Part shown: positions 1 to 13,500 of the stretch, piece by piece | Position numbering within the stretch: position 1 is the stretch's first letter | How the letters are laid out: every line of letters starts with the position of its first letter | Assembly (NCBI GenBank): GCA_964016885.1 | Contig: OZ024740.1 | Location: forward strand, 146,568,001 to 146,632,000 | DNA length: 64,000 bases | Source of the DNA: Eledone cirrhosa | Lineage: Eukaryota | Direction: 5' to 3' | The notes under the pieces: generated by a model | What the model saw: the letters and a program-made list of their open reading frames with translations, nothing else | What the model was told of the DNA's origin: nothing | Database searches by the model: none | Position numbers and translations under genes: made by a program

Positions 1-1650
1 GACTGTAGGTTTCGCTTTGTACATAGGCAAGGCGGGTCTTCTGTATTACTGCGTGGCGCCAAAGATCTCGGTCCAGTGACATTGTCTTAGAGAGGTGCAA
101 GTGTGTAAGGTCGGAATTTATCAGATTGTCCCAGGTTTTTCTCGGTCTACCTACTCCATAACTACCATCAATTTTGATCGCCCTGCACTTTTTTATACAG
201 CTGTCGTCTTTCATGCGCATCACGTGGCCATACCAACGTAGTCTTCTCTCGAGTAAACAGCATCTAATCCCTCTTATTCCTAATTTCTCACTTAGTTCAT
301 TTATGCTTTGTCGTTCACGTATATTACTATTACACATCCAATGGAGCATGCATGCTTCGTTCCTTTCCAGTCTACGCAGGTCCTCTGCACGCAATGCCCA
401 TGTCTCACTGCCATGTAGCATTGCTGTTCGTATACAAGCATCATACAATCTGCCTTTCATTTTTAGAGAGAAACCTTTTGTGGCTAACAGCGGTATAAGC
501 TCTCTGACTTTGGCTACTGTACTTTCAGAGCACCCTCCACCACTGCTGATTTTGTCACCCACGTAACGGAAAGTGTTCCCTATTTCAATAGTGGGCAATA
601 GAAGGAGCTAGTATGCTATGGGCACTTACTACTTATTGCACCTGAGCATTGGCCACATATAAAATCTACGTTAGATAGCTTACCTGTGATCCCACTACAT
701 CTTTTATGTACCCATAGTTTGCATTTGGGACATAAAATGGAATTTCTACTTACTTCTTTCCTACACACTGAGCATGGCCATTTCCCAGAGGGTACCTGTG
801 CCCTATTTTCCTTTCTACATACTAGAACTTTAGTCTTAGACAAGTTAACTTTAAGGCCTTTTGATTCTACGCCATGCTTCCATGTTTGGAATTTCTTCTC
901 TAGTTCAGCCATTGATTCAGCTATGAACGTTAGATCATCTGCGTATAGGAGTTCCCATGGGCAGTCGGTCTTGAACTCCTCTGTTATAGCCTGAAGGGCA
1001 ATAATAAATAGGAGGGGCTTGGTGAAGACCAACTTTTACACTAAATTCTTCACAATATTCATTGTTAATTCTAACCTTACTGACTGTTTCATTATACATA
1101 GCTTGTATAGCTCTCACAAGCCATTCATCTACACCTAGTTTTCTAAGAGCCCACCAGATAATGGAGCGGGGGACTCTGTCAAAGGCTTTTTCCAGGTCTA
1201 CAAAAGCTAAGTAGAGGAGTTTACTTTTAGCTAGGTACTTCTCTTGTAGTTGTCGTACAAGGAAAAGAGCGTCTGTGGTACTTTTACCTGGCACAAACTC
1301 AAACTGCATTTCATCTAGATCAATTCGCTCTCTGATTAGTTGTGCTATAACTCTTTCTGTGACCTTCATGACCTGGTCAACTAACTTAATGCCTCTATAG
1401 TTTCCTCTATCTAGAGCATTTCCTTTACCCTTGTAGCAGTTAATGATGATGCTGCTATGCCAGTCTTTTGGTATGACCCCATTCTGTATTACTTGGTTAA
1501 CTATACGGGTGACCATAGTATGTCCCACCATTCCAGATGCCTTCAACATCTCAGCAACTATCTCCGAAGGCCCAGCTGCCTTGCCTGTCTTCATATCTTT
1601 GATTGCCTTACTTATTATACTACCTTTAACTTGCACCGCTGGTCTGGAAG
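1..1650 (-). mobile_element. RTE-clade LINE fragment (RT, PHD-like finger, C-terminus), frameshifted
   Basis: ORFs 935-1636 and 616-1032 carry GKAAGP, NYRGIKL, FVDLEKAFD, VGLHQ and LLYADDL. 1-566 encodes the RTE C-terminus (RRLRWYGHVMRM, GRPRKTW). Runs off the left edge. Confidence 0.92.
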
Positions 1651-2005
1651 TATTCTATACATAAATTTAGTGATACAACTCAGGCTTTGACTTATGTTGT
1701 TTTGCAGATTCATTTCTTTTCCATATTATCTGTCAGTGGTGTGTTTTCGCCCCTGTGGATCTTACTTTTCCTTTCATTTTTCATATAGATGTAATATTTC
1801 TGAGAACGGATGAGCTAGAATTCTGGTTGATTTTGTTTTCACTGCCTATTGCTCCTTGTTGATAATAAATTGTCTTTACTCTTACACATACATGTGTTTA
1901 TATATATATATATCCATATGTGGTTGATGGTTGACAGAAAGGAGTACTCAATACTGAAGTAGAGTTGTAATATTCAATATTCGAGTAAATATATATATAT
2001 ATATA

Positions 2006-2168
2006 TGTGGCAAATTGGCAGAGTCGTTAAGACGTCAGATAGAATGCTTTACTGTATTCGCCCCACCTCATTGCGCGCTCAGAGTTCAAATCCCGCCGTG
2101 TTCAACTTTGCCTTTCATCCTTTCGAGGTTGATAAAAAAAGTACCAGTCCAGTACTGGGGTCAATTCT
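2006..2168 (+). mobile_element. tRNA-derived SINE (family A)
   Basis: A-box-like TGGCAGAGTCGTT and B-box GAGTTCAAATCC. Body AACTTTGCCTTTCATCCT..GATAAAA..GTACCAGT is shared with copies at 17891, 26372, 32650 and 33113. Confidence 0.8.
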
Positions 2169-2310
2169 TTCTCTATAGAAAAAATAGAGGAAGAATCGAC
2201 CCCTGTGTTCATATCTGGAGAGGTTTGGACTCTGCCAGGTTTAAAAGTGCCCTAGACATGCCATATGACAGTGCCTCTATGACTCCACAAGGATTTATGG
2301 GATCTTTATC

Positions 2311-2345
<35 letters not shown>

Positions 2346-2384
2346 AATAGGGAACAAAGAATCAGTATTGTATCATATACATAT

Positions 2385-2475
2385 TTAATTACATGTTTCA
2401 CTGCCGATCAGCTCGAGGAATCATTGAATTATGTTCGTTCCTGACTCTGGAATTGGAAGCTCTTCAGATCCGTAT
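2385..2475 (-). ncRNA. Degenerate hammerhead-like motif with long stem II, probable Penelope-like remnant
   Basis: Minus strand reads CTGAAGA, ~60 nt, GAAAC-AT-GTA (palindromic stem III). Shares GAGCTGATC with the motif at 43428. Stem I is weak. Confidence 0.4.
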
Positions 2476-2708
2476 TCTCACATGTAGACTCACTTCCAAA
2501 TATTGCTGAATTGTTAGACACCCGATTTGTTATTTTGGGTTGCCACAGACTTTGTTAGTAGAGATGTGTCATTGTCGATTTTATCATGCTAAATTGTGTT
2601 TGGTCAAATCCCTGAAGGTAGGCAACCTAGAATTCAGCAATGTTTACTGTCACTCGTTGGTCAGGATGGTAAATTGTGCTGGTCTGGTACAGATGCTGTT
2701 CATGCGGG

Positions 2709-2710
<2 letters not shown>

Positions 2711-2768
<58 letters not shown>
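2711..2768. repeat. (CA)n microsatellite
   Basis: Direct reading. Confidence 0.98.
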
Positions 2769-2772
<4 letters not shown>

Positions 2773-3087
2773 TGTGTATAAAAATGACACAAATAGGACA
2801 AGGGTGCCATTGATTAAACAGCATGAGAGTTTAAAACAAAGTTAAGAGAAGGTGAAAAAGAAGACATGTAATGGGCAAAAATATGTACAAAAACATAAAC
2901 AATGTATGTATAGTGAAGATATTTACACTGAATGGAAAGAGAAGAATATGATGTATCAGGTTCAACCCTTTATCATGGTAGAATAAGATAAGGAAGAAAT
3001 AAAAGTGTTAGAAAGATACAAAGCCAACCGTGTTTCAAATGGCTACATTAATAAATTGTGCACCAAATAAAAAAACAGAAGAGAGCC

Positions 3088-3306
3088 GTAACTCTTTAGC
3101 ATTTAAACCAGCTATATCCGGCCAGAATTCTCTCACCTCTTTCTGTTCAAACTGGCCGTAACCGGCTGCTCATACTGATGTTGAGCTGTTCTCAAAATAA
3201 ATAATAACAAAATCTCACAGATTTGATATTATGTGAAATAATTATGTGAGGTAAAGCCTTTACTGTGAAAATGTAATAGTAAATATAGTAAATACTAAAG
3301 AGTTAA
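3088..3306. mobile_element. TTAA-type (piggyBac-like) MITE
   Basis: TIRs TAACTCTTTAGCATTT / AAATACTAAAGAGTTA. Right flank TTAA, left flank GTAA. Confidence 0.6.
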
Positions 3307-3849
3307 ACTACTTTTTATCTCTTTGAAATGTTGGTATTACTTATAGTCACTTTTTTATTCATTTTATTGATACCTTTCAGCATTTCTTTTCTATTTGGCT
3401 GCACCATTCCACATGCCAATATTTTTTCTGCAAAATTTAGTCTGGAGGAAGAGAAAAAATATTGCAGCAAGCCTGTTGGCTTAAATAAAATATAGGTCTT
3501 ATCAAAATTACGTGTTTGCTTTTGAACTGCACTTTAGAAACAGTTATTTTTCTTTTGGCATGTAAATTGTTTATTAACTATTATGTGGATCAACCTGAAC
3601 CTAATTTTCATGTTTTGCTGGTATAATAAATTTTACTTTCTAAACAGCCTTTATAATTAATAATGGCTTCATCAAAGAAAACCTCCATGTATAGGTTGTA
3701 GGCATCTTTTAAATCACTGTATGTACTTGTATAACTTGATCTGACCTACCCACCCATATTTTATGTCTGAAAAATGGGCTAAAATCAAAATTCCCTGTAT
3801 AAGCTGAGGCAGCAAATCAACACAATATGTTTAGATCCTCTCCTCCTCC

Positions 3850-5740
3850 TCCCACTTATTTCTGGGAGGGGCATGGAGGCAAAGTTGCTTGGAGCCTACC
3901 TCTAGGTCTCCTACCAGATGGTTTTTGCCCATAAAATCTGTTCAGCAATTCTTTCCTGAGATATTTTAATCGCATGTCTGTAATATTGGAGCTGCAATCT
4001 CCCAATTTTGAGAAGTAGTGGCCCTGCTTGGAGTGACTCTCCTGAGCGTCTACTCTATCGAGTAATGTTACTCCAAAAATCCTTTTAGAGGAACCCCATT
4101 TCAGCTGCTTGTATTCATGATCATATTCTTTCAGTCATTACCCAAGATTCATGACTATAGGTCATAGGTGAAAACTGAACTGAAGATAATGAGTTTGTAT
4201 TTTATACCTACCTCCTTTCTTCTGAATACCAAATGCTGAAACCGGCACATTACTGCACCAGCTCCTGCAATTCTTGCACTTAATTCAGCTTCCTGCCTTC
4301 TGATTTTCATTTTTGTCATGCAGCACTTGGCAACAAATCTATCAAGTACATGTTGATGATCACCTTCTGATGAGTTTAAGTAAAGCTATGTCATTCACAA
4401 ATTCCAGCCGACTGATCCTACACTCACCAATCTTGATACCACTTCCAACCCAGCTGTGTATGTAAATCCTGTTCATGAACATTATGAACAGCAGAAGTGA
4501 CAGTATGCATCCTTGGTGGAGTCCAACATACACATTAAATGGTTTTGATTTCACACCATTTATCTAAACAAAAATACTAGGGCATTTGTATAGAGACATC
4601 AGAGCAATAAGAAGCTGTCCTGCAATTCCATACTGTGGGGTCTACAAAACAAGAATGCACCTCTTGGCAATACTCCCATGATTTCTCAAAACTTACTGCA
4701 GTGTAAATATTTGGTCAGCTGTGCTGTGTCCAGGGTGAAAATCACACTTCGTCAGCTAGCTTGGACTCTACAATCTCCCTACATTTCTTTTCCAGACACT
4801 TAGCATAGACTTTACCAGGAAGGCCTAACAAGGTGATCCCTCTATAATTGGAGCAATCTCTCGTTTCCTTTTTTGAAAATTGTGATTATCATTTGTGATT
4901 GCTATTGTATAGGTGCTTTTGAGAAATCCAGGCCACCTGGCACAGATGAGTCAGCCAGAGAATACTTTCTCTATTTAAGGCTTTTAACATCTTAGGAGGA
5001 ATTTCATCCTCATCAGCAGCCTTGCCACCTCAGCCACTGAGGGGTTAGTGATCACTTCCAGATGCACCTTGTGTACATCAGATTCTGTTGTAACCGGGTT
5101 TAGGAGAGATCAGCAAAGTATTCTCTCCACCTTGTGAGGATGCACCTCTCTGAAGAGAGGAGAACCCCAGATGCGTTCCTGATAGCAAGCGTAGAGGAGG
5201 ACTTATTATGAAGTCAGTGTATGGTCTGCCGGAACACATTATTTGCTGATCTGAAGGCAGATTCCAGCTTAACCCCAAAGTCCTTCCATGTTTTAACTTT
5301 GGACACCTTTACTGTCTCTGCTGTGACTTTTCATGTCTTCTTGTACCACGAGTGCAAGGAGGAGGACTTCTTTCTAAGCTAAGCTTTATAGGCCTCCTTC
5401 TTTGCTCGGATGGCATCTTTAACAATTTGATTGAACTAAGGGGTCCTCATGTTACCCGGTGCCACACTAAACCACTTTTGCTTGTAGCATTCAACAGCTG
5501 AAACAGAAACCAGCAAGCTGAAGCTGAACAGTCTCCACTCTGTTTCAACATCCTCAATTTGCTCAGGGAGTTCTCTGAATTTGGATGTTATAGTATATTT
5601 ATACCTGTTCCAGTCTTCCTTATTTGCCAGCGTTTCCCATTTTATCCTGTAGGTAGAGATGGACCTGCAAGTTTTGTGGGCTCTCTTGGCTTTCAGTTGC
5701 AGATCACTAAATGGTCATCAGTTGACAGCTTAGCTTCTCT
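3850..5740 (-). mobile_element. Decayed RTE-clade LINE (second family)
   Basis: ORF 4360-4554 has PFNVYVGLHQGCILSLLLFIMFM and a degenerate FADD region. Upstream minus-strand NYRGITLLGLPGKVYAKCLE-like text near 4790-4860. Confidence 0.75.
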
Positions 5741-7384
5741 CTTAACATGTCACAGGTCTATTGCTAGTTCTTGCAGCATTGGGTGGAGACTGCAATATAT
5801 TTTTTAAACAGGCAGCTCTACCTAAGGCCTGAATGCGTCCCTTGTTATCCCGTGTGAAGGATGATGTGGTATGGATATATTGCAGTGTTTTGGTTGTCCC
5901 ATTTATGCCAATCACCAATTTAGTATTTTTCTCGGACCCGTGAAGACTAAATTTTTCTGCAGCAGGCATCCTTGGATACTTTTTTTCCATTGTTCTTCTG
6001 AGAATAGGGATTTTGCTAATGCAGTGTGCTATGAGGAGAGATATGAGTACCAACTTGGTCTGTGACAACCTGTCCAAATTTTGCTAGCAAGGAAAATGGA
6101 TGTTCAATGATGGTATGAGCTAAGGGAAAAGTGTGTAAAAACAAACAAACAAAAAAAAAACACACAAGTGAATGACCTCCCACATTGTTAACACAAACAA
6201 AGGGGAAGTTAAATTAAAGGAATATGAGTGAGTTTATGTGAGCCTTCTTTAAGTAGAACCAATAGAAGAGCCACCTAGATAGATTAGCTCAGGTTTTGTT
6301 GGTAAAGTAATTTAAGGCTATGAAGCCAAGGAATGTTTCATCAGGTATTGTTGTTACAATATTACAACAATATTATTGCTAAGATATGAAAGGCATTGCA
6401 TTATGAGTGGAGGGTAGCTCATTTAATGTAGTGAAAAAAATTCTAATTAATTAAACTTATACCTAGAGAGACAGGGTAAACATCATTAGCTCTAATAATA
6501 AAATCTGGTAAAAAAAAGAAAGGGAGACAACTCCAAAATTTAAAATAATTTAAAATTAAATGGAATGCATAGGGGATTGACTCTGATCTTTGGTAAGTAT
6601 ACTGATAGTTCAAGACATATTTCAATCTTATTTCGCTGGGTGGTAGACTTAATATGTAACTTGGTTTAATACCACCACCTGGCCTTTGAGTGCTTTTTTG
6701 CAAGGATTTGGACAAGGTTTCCAGTTTGATGATACCTTCCTCTCTCCTTACTACCAGTATTGGAGGCCCAGAGAAAGGTCATAGGCACTGTCATCCCATC
6801 CTGGACTAAAGTGTAAAAAAAGGTTAATATTTTCAGTTATCGCATCAGTTAATGTTCAGTCACTCTAAATGTTTTAGCTAAATTTTTATATCAGTGGAAA
6901 TCTAATTGAGGTAGAGAGTTACATAGGACTTGCCAAGCACTGGTAAGGCTATGCTTCATTGATGAGGCTTAATATGACTGGAACACATGCAGGGTTGTCT
7001 CTAAATTTACCAAAGATCAGACTCACTGCCATTGCATGTGGCCATTCAATTATTAATTAATTTGGATTTTGGATTTGTTTCCTCTGTTTTTTTTTTACCA
7101 TTAAAGTTAATGTTTTTTTCTCTTCATTATGGGTGTAATTGTAATTAACAGATAGTTATACCCATTAACAGATAGTTCTATGATATTCATGGTTAATATC
7201 TGGTTTAAGTATTTAATCAGTGGATCAGTGGTTACTTTGATTACCATGCATTTTTTTTGAACAATAGTAACAATAATAATTCTAAATAAAGCAATTATTT
7301 ATACATCAAAATATTGAGTCAAGTGACTCAACATTCAGAATTTGAAAGTGGTGCTACTCTAATGCATGCCCTCGTGCACTGCAA

Positions 7385-7648
7385 GCAGCACGATGAGCCA
7401 GTGTTTATCCTGGTTTCATGGCGTGAAGTGACTGAGAGTAAAAGATTTCCCCCTGGACAGGACGCCAGTCTATCGCAGGATTAAATCTCCAGCTATTGCT
7501 GATGCTCATTTTCAGCTGAGTATACTGGAACAACATGAAATGAATTGTTTTGCTCAAGAACGCAACATGCAAATCAGCCCAGGAATCGAACCCACAACAT
7601 TATGATCATTAGTTCAACACCCTTACCAGTAGGCCACATGCCTTCACA
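7385..7648 (-). mobile_element. tRNA-derived SINE with conserved central domain (family B)
   Basis: Minus strand: TGGCCTACTGG A-box, GGTTCGATTCC B-box, TTCTTGAGCAAAACA (CORE/Meta-like) and TGCGATAGACTGGCGTCCTGTCCAGGGG. Confidence 0.75.
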
Positions 7649-7972
7649 CTACTTTAATAGGTAATGGTATATCAATGGTGTAAGCAACATATGAGAGGGA
7701 TCATTGTCAACATTGTATTGTATCGCATAAAGAAGTGAGCTGTAACAATGTATACTTTTTTCTGTCCCTAAGGATATTTTACCCAATTTTCTAAAGCTAT
7801 TATTATTTATAGCGATTTCTGTTTTCCAACATTTCAAATTTCAAATTCCTTGATAAATCATAAGATTTTTTCACATATAAGTTGTTTAATTTCCTTATTT
7901 TCCAAAACTATGTTTTAACCATTTTGTGGAATAACATTTATTCTCTATGATTATTTTTTCCTATTATTTCAG

Positions 7973-8753
7973 TGGAAATCCAATTGAGGTAGAATTGGAG
8001 AGTAGTTCTTCTCCAACTGTATACGAAATTGAAGAATGTGATCCCCAAGAAAAGATGGTTATTGGACAAATTGGTGCAACTGCCTCAAGTGATAAAGTGG
8101 AGTTCATCTGTACAATCTGCCATACCTCGTTCCTGTTTGCTGAAATGGTTGTATCACACTTGAAAAACATGCATAACATTCTCTTAGATGATGTTCCAGA
8201 ATTTGTTGTAGCTGGCAGCCATTCCACTAGTGGAAGCCCTGCCAGTAGCAACTCCTGTATAGAATGTGGTTTCAGTTCTCAGAATCCTGATTATTTACCT
8301 TACCATCGATATTTTCAACATGCTGTGCCATTGCCAGCTAACTGTAGTCTCTTCAAATGTGAGTTCTGTAATAGAGAATTCATTAGGAAACGTGGCCTTA
8401 CTGATCATATACAGCACTTTCATAAAGACAAAGCGCATTACATGTGTGAACATTGTGGCCGAACATACAGAATCCAGAATTGCCTTCAAAAGCATATTTA
8501 TAATTGTCATAATAGTGAGCGCAAATGGTCATGCCTTTATTGTGGACGGATATTTAAAAAACAAGACCATCTGAAAGTTCACATTCGTTTGCATACTCAT
8601 GAAAAGCCATTTGCATGCCATGTTTGTGATTACAAAAGTACTACGAAAGGTAATCTAAAGGCACATTTGATGAGACGTCATTCCATAGATATTGATACCG
8701 TTGACCATTTTAAAGTTAATAAGAACAAAAGCACAATAGAGATAAGTCTATAA
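7973..8753 (+). CDS. C2H2 zinc-finger protein, probable terminal coding exon (6 fingers)
   Basis: Six CxxC..H..H fingers and an HTHEKPF linker. Polypyrimidine tract plus CAG acceptor ending at 7972. Stop TAA at 8751-8753. The ORF-track Met at 7947 is probably intronic. Confidence 0.88.
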
Positions 8754-9046
8754 AAGTTCTTTCTATCTGTTGGTCAAACTAGTTGTTAGCTTTAATGTCT
8801 AATAGATTTTCTTTGCACCAAACTGTAAACAAGGAATGAGTTTGTAAGTTTTCACTTTTCTATAAAAAGTTGATAATTTTTGTAGCTATAATGCATAAAA
8901 CTGATGATATAACGAGTGTGGGAGGTGGCCCCAATGAAAGTATATTGGCTACAGTAAGAAGGTTCAAATGGTAACAAAGACTTTCTCAACCCATGTAAAT
9001 GTGTGTGCAGGTGTGTCTGTATGTGTGTTTAATTGTATTGTTATTG

Positions 9047-9052
9047 AATAAA
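9047..9052 (+). promoter_or_regulatory. Candidate polyadenylation signal of the zinc-finger gene
   Basis: AATAAA ~295 nt after the stop, followed by a GT-rich tract. The motif is common in AT-rich DNA. Confidence 0.35.
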
Positions 9053-9505
9053 AGTATATATGACATTTGGCCATTACAGTCATGTGTGTGTGTGCATGCA
9101 TGCATGTATGAGTTTATCTCTGCACATCTTCAGGCAGCAGTAAACAATATGCTTCACAGCTTGGCAATTCAATTTGTGAAGACCTGACTACAAAACAATG
9201 GTTGGTGTCAAGAAGGGCATCAAACCATAGAATACTGCCCCAAGAAGTCTTGTCGGATCTATGTCAACATGAAAAACAACAACAAACAAAATGAAAAAAT
9301 TATAAATGTTTGTGTGAATAAGAAAATAAACTGTGTCAAAGGATTTTTTCTATGTATTCCTTGTTATAAATAAAAAAAAGAAATCTTATTAGGTAAATGT
9401 AGAAGTTAAAAGATTTTTCTGTGAGGGATGACTTTCAAATGGCACAAGAAGTTTGAACAAAGAAGCAGAGATTGAAAAACTAATTTGAGGGACAAATGGA
9501 CATTC

Positions 9506-9754
9506 TTAACCCTCAACCTGCCTGAATCTTCTCTCAATTTATGATACAATACTTCTCATTTTAAAATGTTTATATTTATATTAAATCTTTTCATCATAAT
9601 TTTATTTTAAATATTTTTGTTAAGTAATGTTTTAAACAACATTACTAATGAAAAACTTGGTTGTTTATCAAATTCCTCCAAATTTTAGGTTTTTAAAAAA
9701 ATTAATTAAAATACCTAGAATGTTTCATTAGAAATACAGTAATGAATGGGTTAA
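9506..9754. mobile_element. TTAA-flanked piggyBac-like MITE
   Basis: TTAA-CCC ... GGG-TTAA ends. Body resembles 10491-10680. Confidence 0.6.
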
Positions 9755-9927
9755 GGGACTACCATTTGCAAATCTTTAAATAAGTCTGTGGGGAAATCAT
9801 AGCTTCATTTTGGAGCAGGCAACATGGTGGTTATAAGAGATAAGCCAGGGGGTTGGAAAAAGTATATAACATGAAAAGTTCTCAGCAAAAAAAGTTGGCA
9901 AGTTATTTAGCCAATATTACCACAAAA

Positions 9928-10070
9928 GTGGAGATATGTGGCTTAGTGGTTAGGGTTTACAGCTTGCAATCATAAAGTCATAAGTTTGATTCTTGGTGGT
10001 GTGTTGTGTCCTTGAGCAAGACACTTTATTCCATATGACTAGTTTACTCATCAGGAAAAAAAATGAGTTT
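9928..10070 (+). mobile_element. Decayed tRNA-derived SINE (family B-like)
   Basis: TGGCTTAGTGG A-box, degenerate B-box, GTGTCCTTGAGCAAGACACTT. Confidence 0.65.
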
Positions 10071-10490
10071 ATCTGTGATTCACACATTGTGTCATGCTGA
10101 ATCTCACTGGTATATATGTTTGTGGAATGTTCAGCCACTTGCACATTAATTTCACAAGCAGGCTGTTCTGTTCAAGCAGATGCAACACTTGTTAAACCAA
10201 TGGAGCTCCAACAACAACAACTGCAACAAAAACAACAACTAGAACAACAGCATTACAAAATAGTACATTTATACACATCAGACTGCCTGGCAGCGAATGT
10301 GTTTGAAAGGTCCCTGAGAGACATTTCATAATGTATTTTCAGTAATGACAACAGAAAGAAAGACATATGGAAAGGCTATGAGTAGTTGTTGAACAAAGAA
10401 TATAAAAGTGATAGGAGCTTATCACCAGTGGAACTAATAGTAGTTATTGGTTCTACTGGTGGAACCAATGGTATGAGATTAATCAATTTA

Positions 10491-10680
10491 TTAATCCTTT
10501 TGATATCAACAAGTCTGAAACTACCCCCAGTTCACTGATTCAAAACTGCCTATTTTAAACATTCCATCATAATTTTATGTAAAAACTTTTTGTTATGTTT
10601 CAAACATCAACTTTATCATGAAATTAATTGAAACACATGGGCAGTGTCTTTCATTGGAAATATGATAATGAAAGGGTTAA
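10491..10680. mobile_element. TTAA-flanked piggyBac-like MITE
   Basis: TTAATCCTTT ... AAAGGGTTAA termini. Confidence 0.62.
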
Positions 10681-10765
10681 AGCAGGAAAAATGTATTTTC
10701 TCTGGGTTATGTGCAGCCATGCTGAAAGTTATGTGTTGGGTGTATGTTATATTAGTTACCTCCTT

Positions 10766-10992
10766 TATTGATCAGGTTGTGTATGAAACGACACCCTATG
10801 TTGATCAAGTTGTGCAGGAAACCACCACTTTTGTTGATCAGTTTGTGCAGGAAACCACCTTCTTTGTTGATAAGGGTGTGCAGGAGACCACATTCTTTGT
10901 TGATCAGGTTATACAGGAAGCCACACCCTTTGTTGATCAAGTTGTGCAGGAAACCACCTTCTTTGTTGATCAGGTTGTACAGGAAACAACCA
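10766..10992. repeat. 33-bp minisatellite, ~7 copies
   Basis: Unit ~TTGATCAGGTTGTGCAGGAAACCACCTTCTTTG; translates as a DQVVQETTFFV repeat. Confidence 0.92.
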
Positions 10993-12777
10993 TTATTTTC
11001 AGTGACTGTTACAAGAAGGAAAGGAGATATACTATAGATGAGAAATTACAGAAGTTTCAAATTAATGGATCAAGTTATGAAAATGGTAGGGAGAGAGTCA
11101 GTGCTAAGATAGTGCACGATAGAATTAGGGATGTAATCTAGGTTTGCATTGGTGTAAAACCATGTAAGGTATATAATATATTCTGGTGAAATAACTCTAA
11201 TGGAACACATAACTCTTTTTTGGATATGTTGATCTAAAGAAGAATTTTTTATGTGATTCCATGCTCTGTAGACTGGTGAGCACTGAGAAATGTCGGTGTA
11301 GATAAATAATTTGTGAAAGGGATCCATATCATGTATGAGGGGGCTATATGGAATTTTGGGATGGGCATTGAATACAGCAAAGAATTTAGCACACAGAAGG
11401 TATCTATCATAGCTTTGTTTTCAGTTTTCTTCTCTTCATTATAGTTCATAGAATTTCAAAACTAAATGCTCTTGGAAATCTTTTATATGCAACAGAGATG
11501 TTGAAGAACAGTAATTTGAAAGAATAGCAAAGAACTACTCAGTAGCAGAGAGTTCGAATAAAGAGTTAGTAGTATCTTAGAAATAATCTTTGTATAAGAA
11601 GAAATGGAGAAGATAGAAACTGAATATTGTATACTAAAAAGAATCAGTAATTTCACAAAAAATGCATGAATAGCTAGTAGTATAGTAAGCTATGAAATGA
11701 AGGCTATGGACTGTTCAAATGATTTTCTTGATGATGTAGGTAAGTTCTGATACAGGTAAGTTCAATGAAAATATATAACTATACTGAATGATATGGAATC
11801 TACTAGAAATACTGGTGTTAACAAGCTTCACAGTCAGTAGGATTCAAACAATCAGAGATGTACCATGTTGCATAAAACTATTTGTTTTCCAGACTACAGG
11901 GTTCCATAACTTCAGTGCTCATCCCTGAGAGATTTTGTAATTTTAAAATGAATGCTCCTCTAGAATAATGTATTGACTACCACAAATAGCTTTTCTGAAC
12001 TAATTGGACTTGACTACTATTTAGATTTATGTGCCTTAATATATGAAACAACATAGAACTAGTGACAGGATACAAACTTCCAACAGTTTGAATCATCATC
12101 ATCATTACCATTTAACATGAGTTATATGAATTGTTCCATTGTGAGTCGAGTCAGGTCAGATAACCATGTCTTGCTCATACAGAACTGTTTCTGGCTTGGT
12201 TTCTATGGTTGGATGTCCTTCCTAACACCAACCACATTTACAGCATGGATTGGGTGCCTTTTATTGTGGTACCAAAATAACCACTTTCAATAATTATGTA
12301 AATCTTACTATTTATCACCACTAAAAATATTGTATAGAATACATATAAACATACAACCAGTACTGGATTTAGGACAAATGAGGCCCTGTGCTAGTTAAGT
12401 TATGAAGCCCCTTACTTAGGTACTGAAGGAGGTAATTCATCGCAAAAAATCTTTTTGGCAGAAATATGAGCCTCCCGCCCAGCTAACCAGACCATGTGCT
12501 TAAGCACACCTAAGCACAATGGTAAATCTGGCACTGCATACAAAGCAAAGAATATATATAGGTTTCTGGATTGTTTTAGCTCCATGTATGAGTGTATCCA
12601 GTTTAGAAGAGGTACACAACACTCTTGCATGTTGTAAGAGGTATCTGAAAGGATTGGTGCCAGGAAGGTCATTCAGCTGTAAAACATTATCTCAAAAAGG
12701 ACCCACAAGGAATATGAAGTCTATTATGGGGCCTGCTTTAGCAGGGAAAATGACTAAAATATTTGTTGTTGTGTGTA

Positions 12778-13500
12778 GAGAAACGAAGCTTGCATGCTCC
12801 GCTGGATGTGCAATAGTAATATACGTGAACGGCAAAGCATAAACGAACTAAGGAAAAAATTAGAAATAAGAGGGATCAGATGTTGTTTACTCGAGAGAAG
12901 GCTACGTTGGTATGGTCACGTGATGCGCATGAAGGATAATAGCTGTATAACAAAGTGCAGGGCAATAAAGATAGACGGTAGCCACAGAATAGGCAGACCC
13001 AGAAAAACCTGGGACGAGCTGATAAATTCCGACCTCACACACTTACACCTCACCAAGACAATGTCACTGGACCGAGACCTTTGGCGGTACTCAGTAATAG
13101 AGAAGACCCGCCTTACCTAAATACAAAGTAAAACCTACTACAGTCAGTAGGCATCTCTAACAAAATACACCCCCCCACCCCACCCACACCGCCCCTTTCA
13201 ATGTAAAGTTATGTTGGTGCCACAACATCCAGGCCGAAACAAATGAGATCGTGTAGGTGTCACGTCAAAAAAACACACAGTTCACGCTGTAATGTGGCCG
13301 TGTAGGCAACACGGTAAAAACCTCCCAGCCCCACACTGTAAATGTGGTTGGTGTTAGGAAGGGCATCCAGCTGTAGAAAACCCGCCAGATAGTCCTATGC
13401 GAGCAAGATAACCACTCTTGCCTCAAGTGGGAAAACCCTCCGTCCAAACCCATGCAAGCATGGAACACGGACGTTAAACGATGATGATGATGATGATGAT
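12778..13500 (+). mobile_element. 5'-truncated RTE LINE with 3' UTR and (GAT)n tail
   Basis: ORF 12794-13120 closely matches the reverse complement of ~1-360. The 3' UTR ends GGACGTTAAAC(GAT)n. Confidence 0.9.

Noticed and set aside
6950-7000. Hammerhead-like TTGATGAGGC..GGAACACATGCA
   Set aside because: Both core boxes are mutated and the stems do not pair convincingly.
11000-12050. Possible very old LINE RT fragment on the minus strand
   Set aside because: Only faint motif resemblance; cannot be supported without an alignment search.
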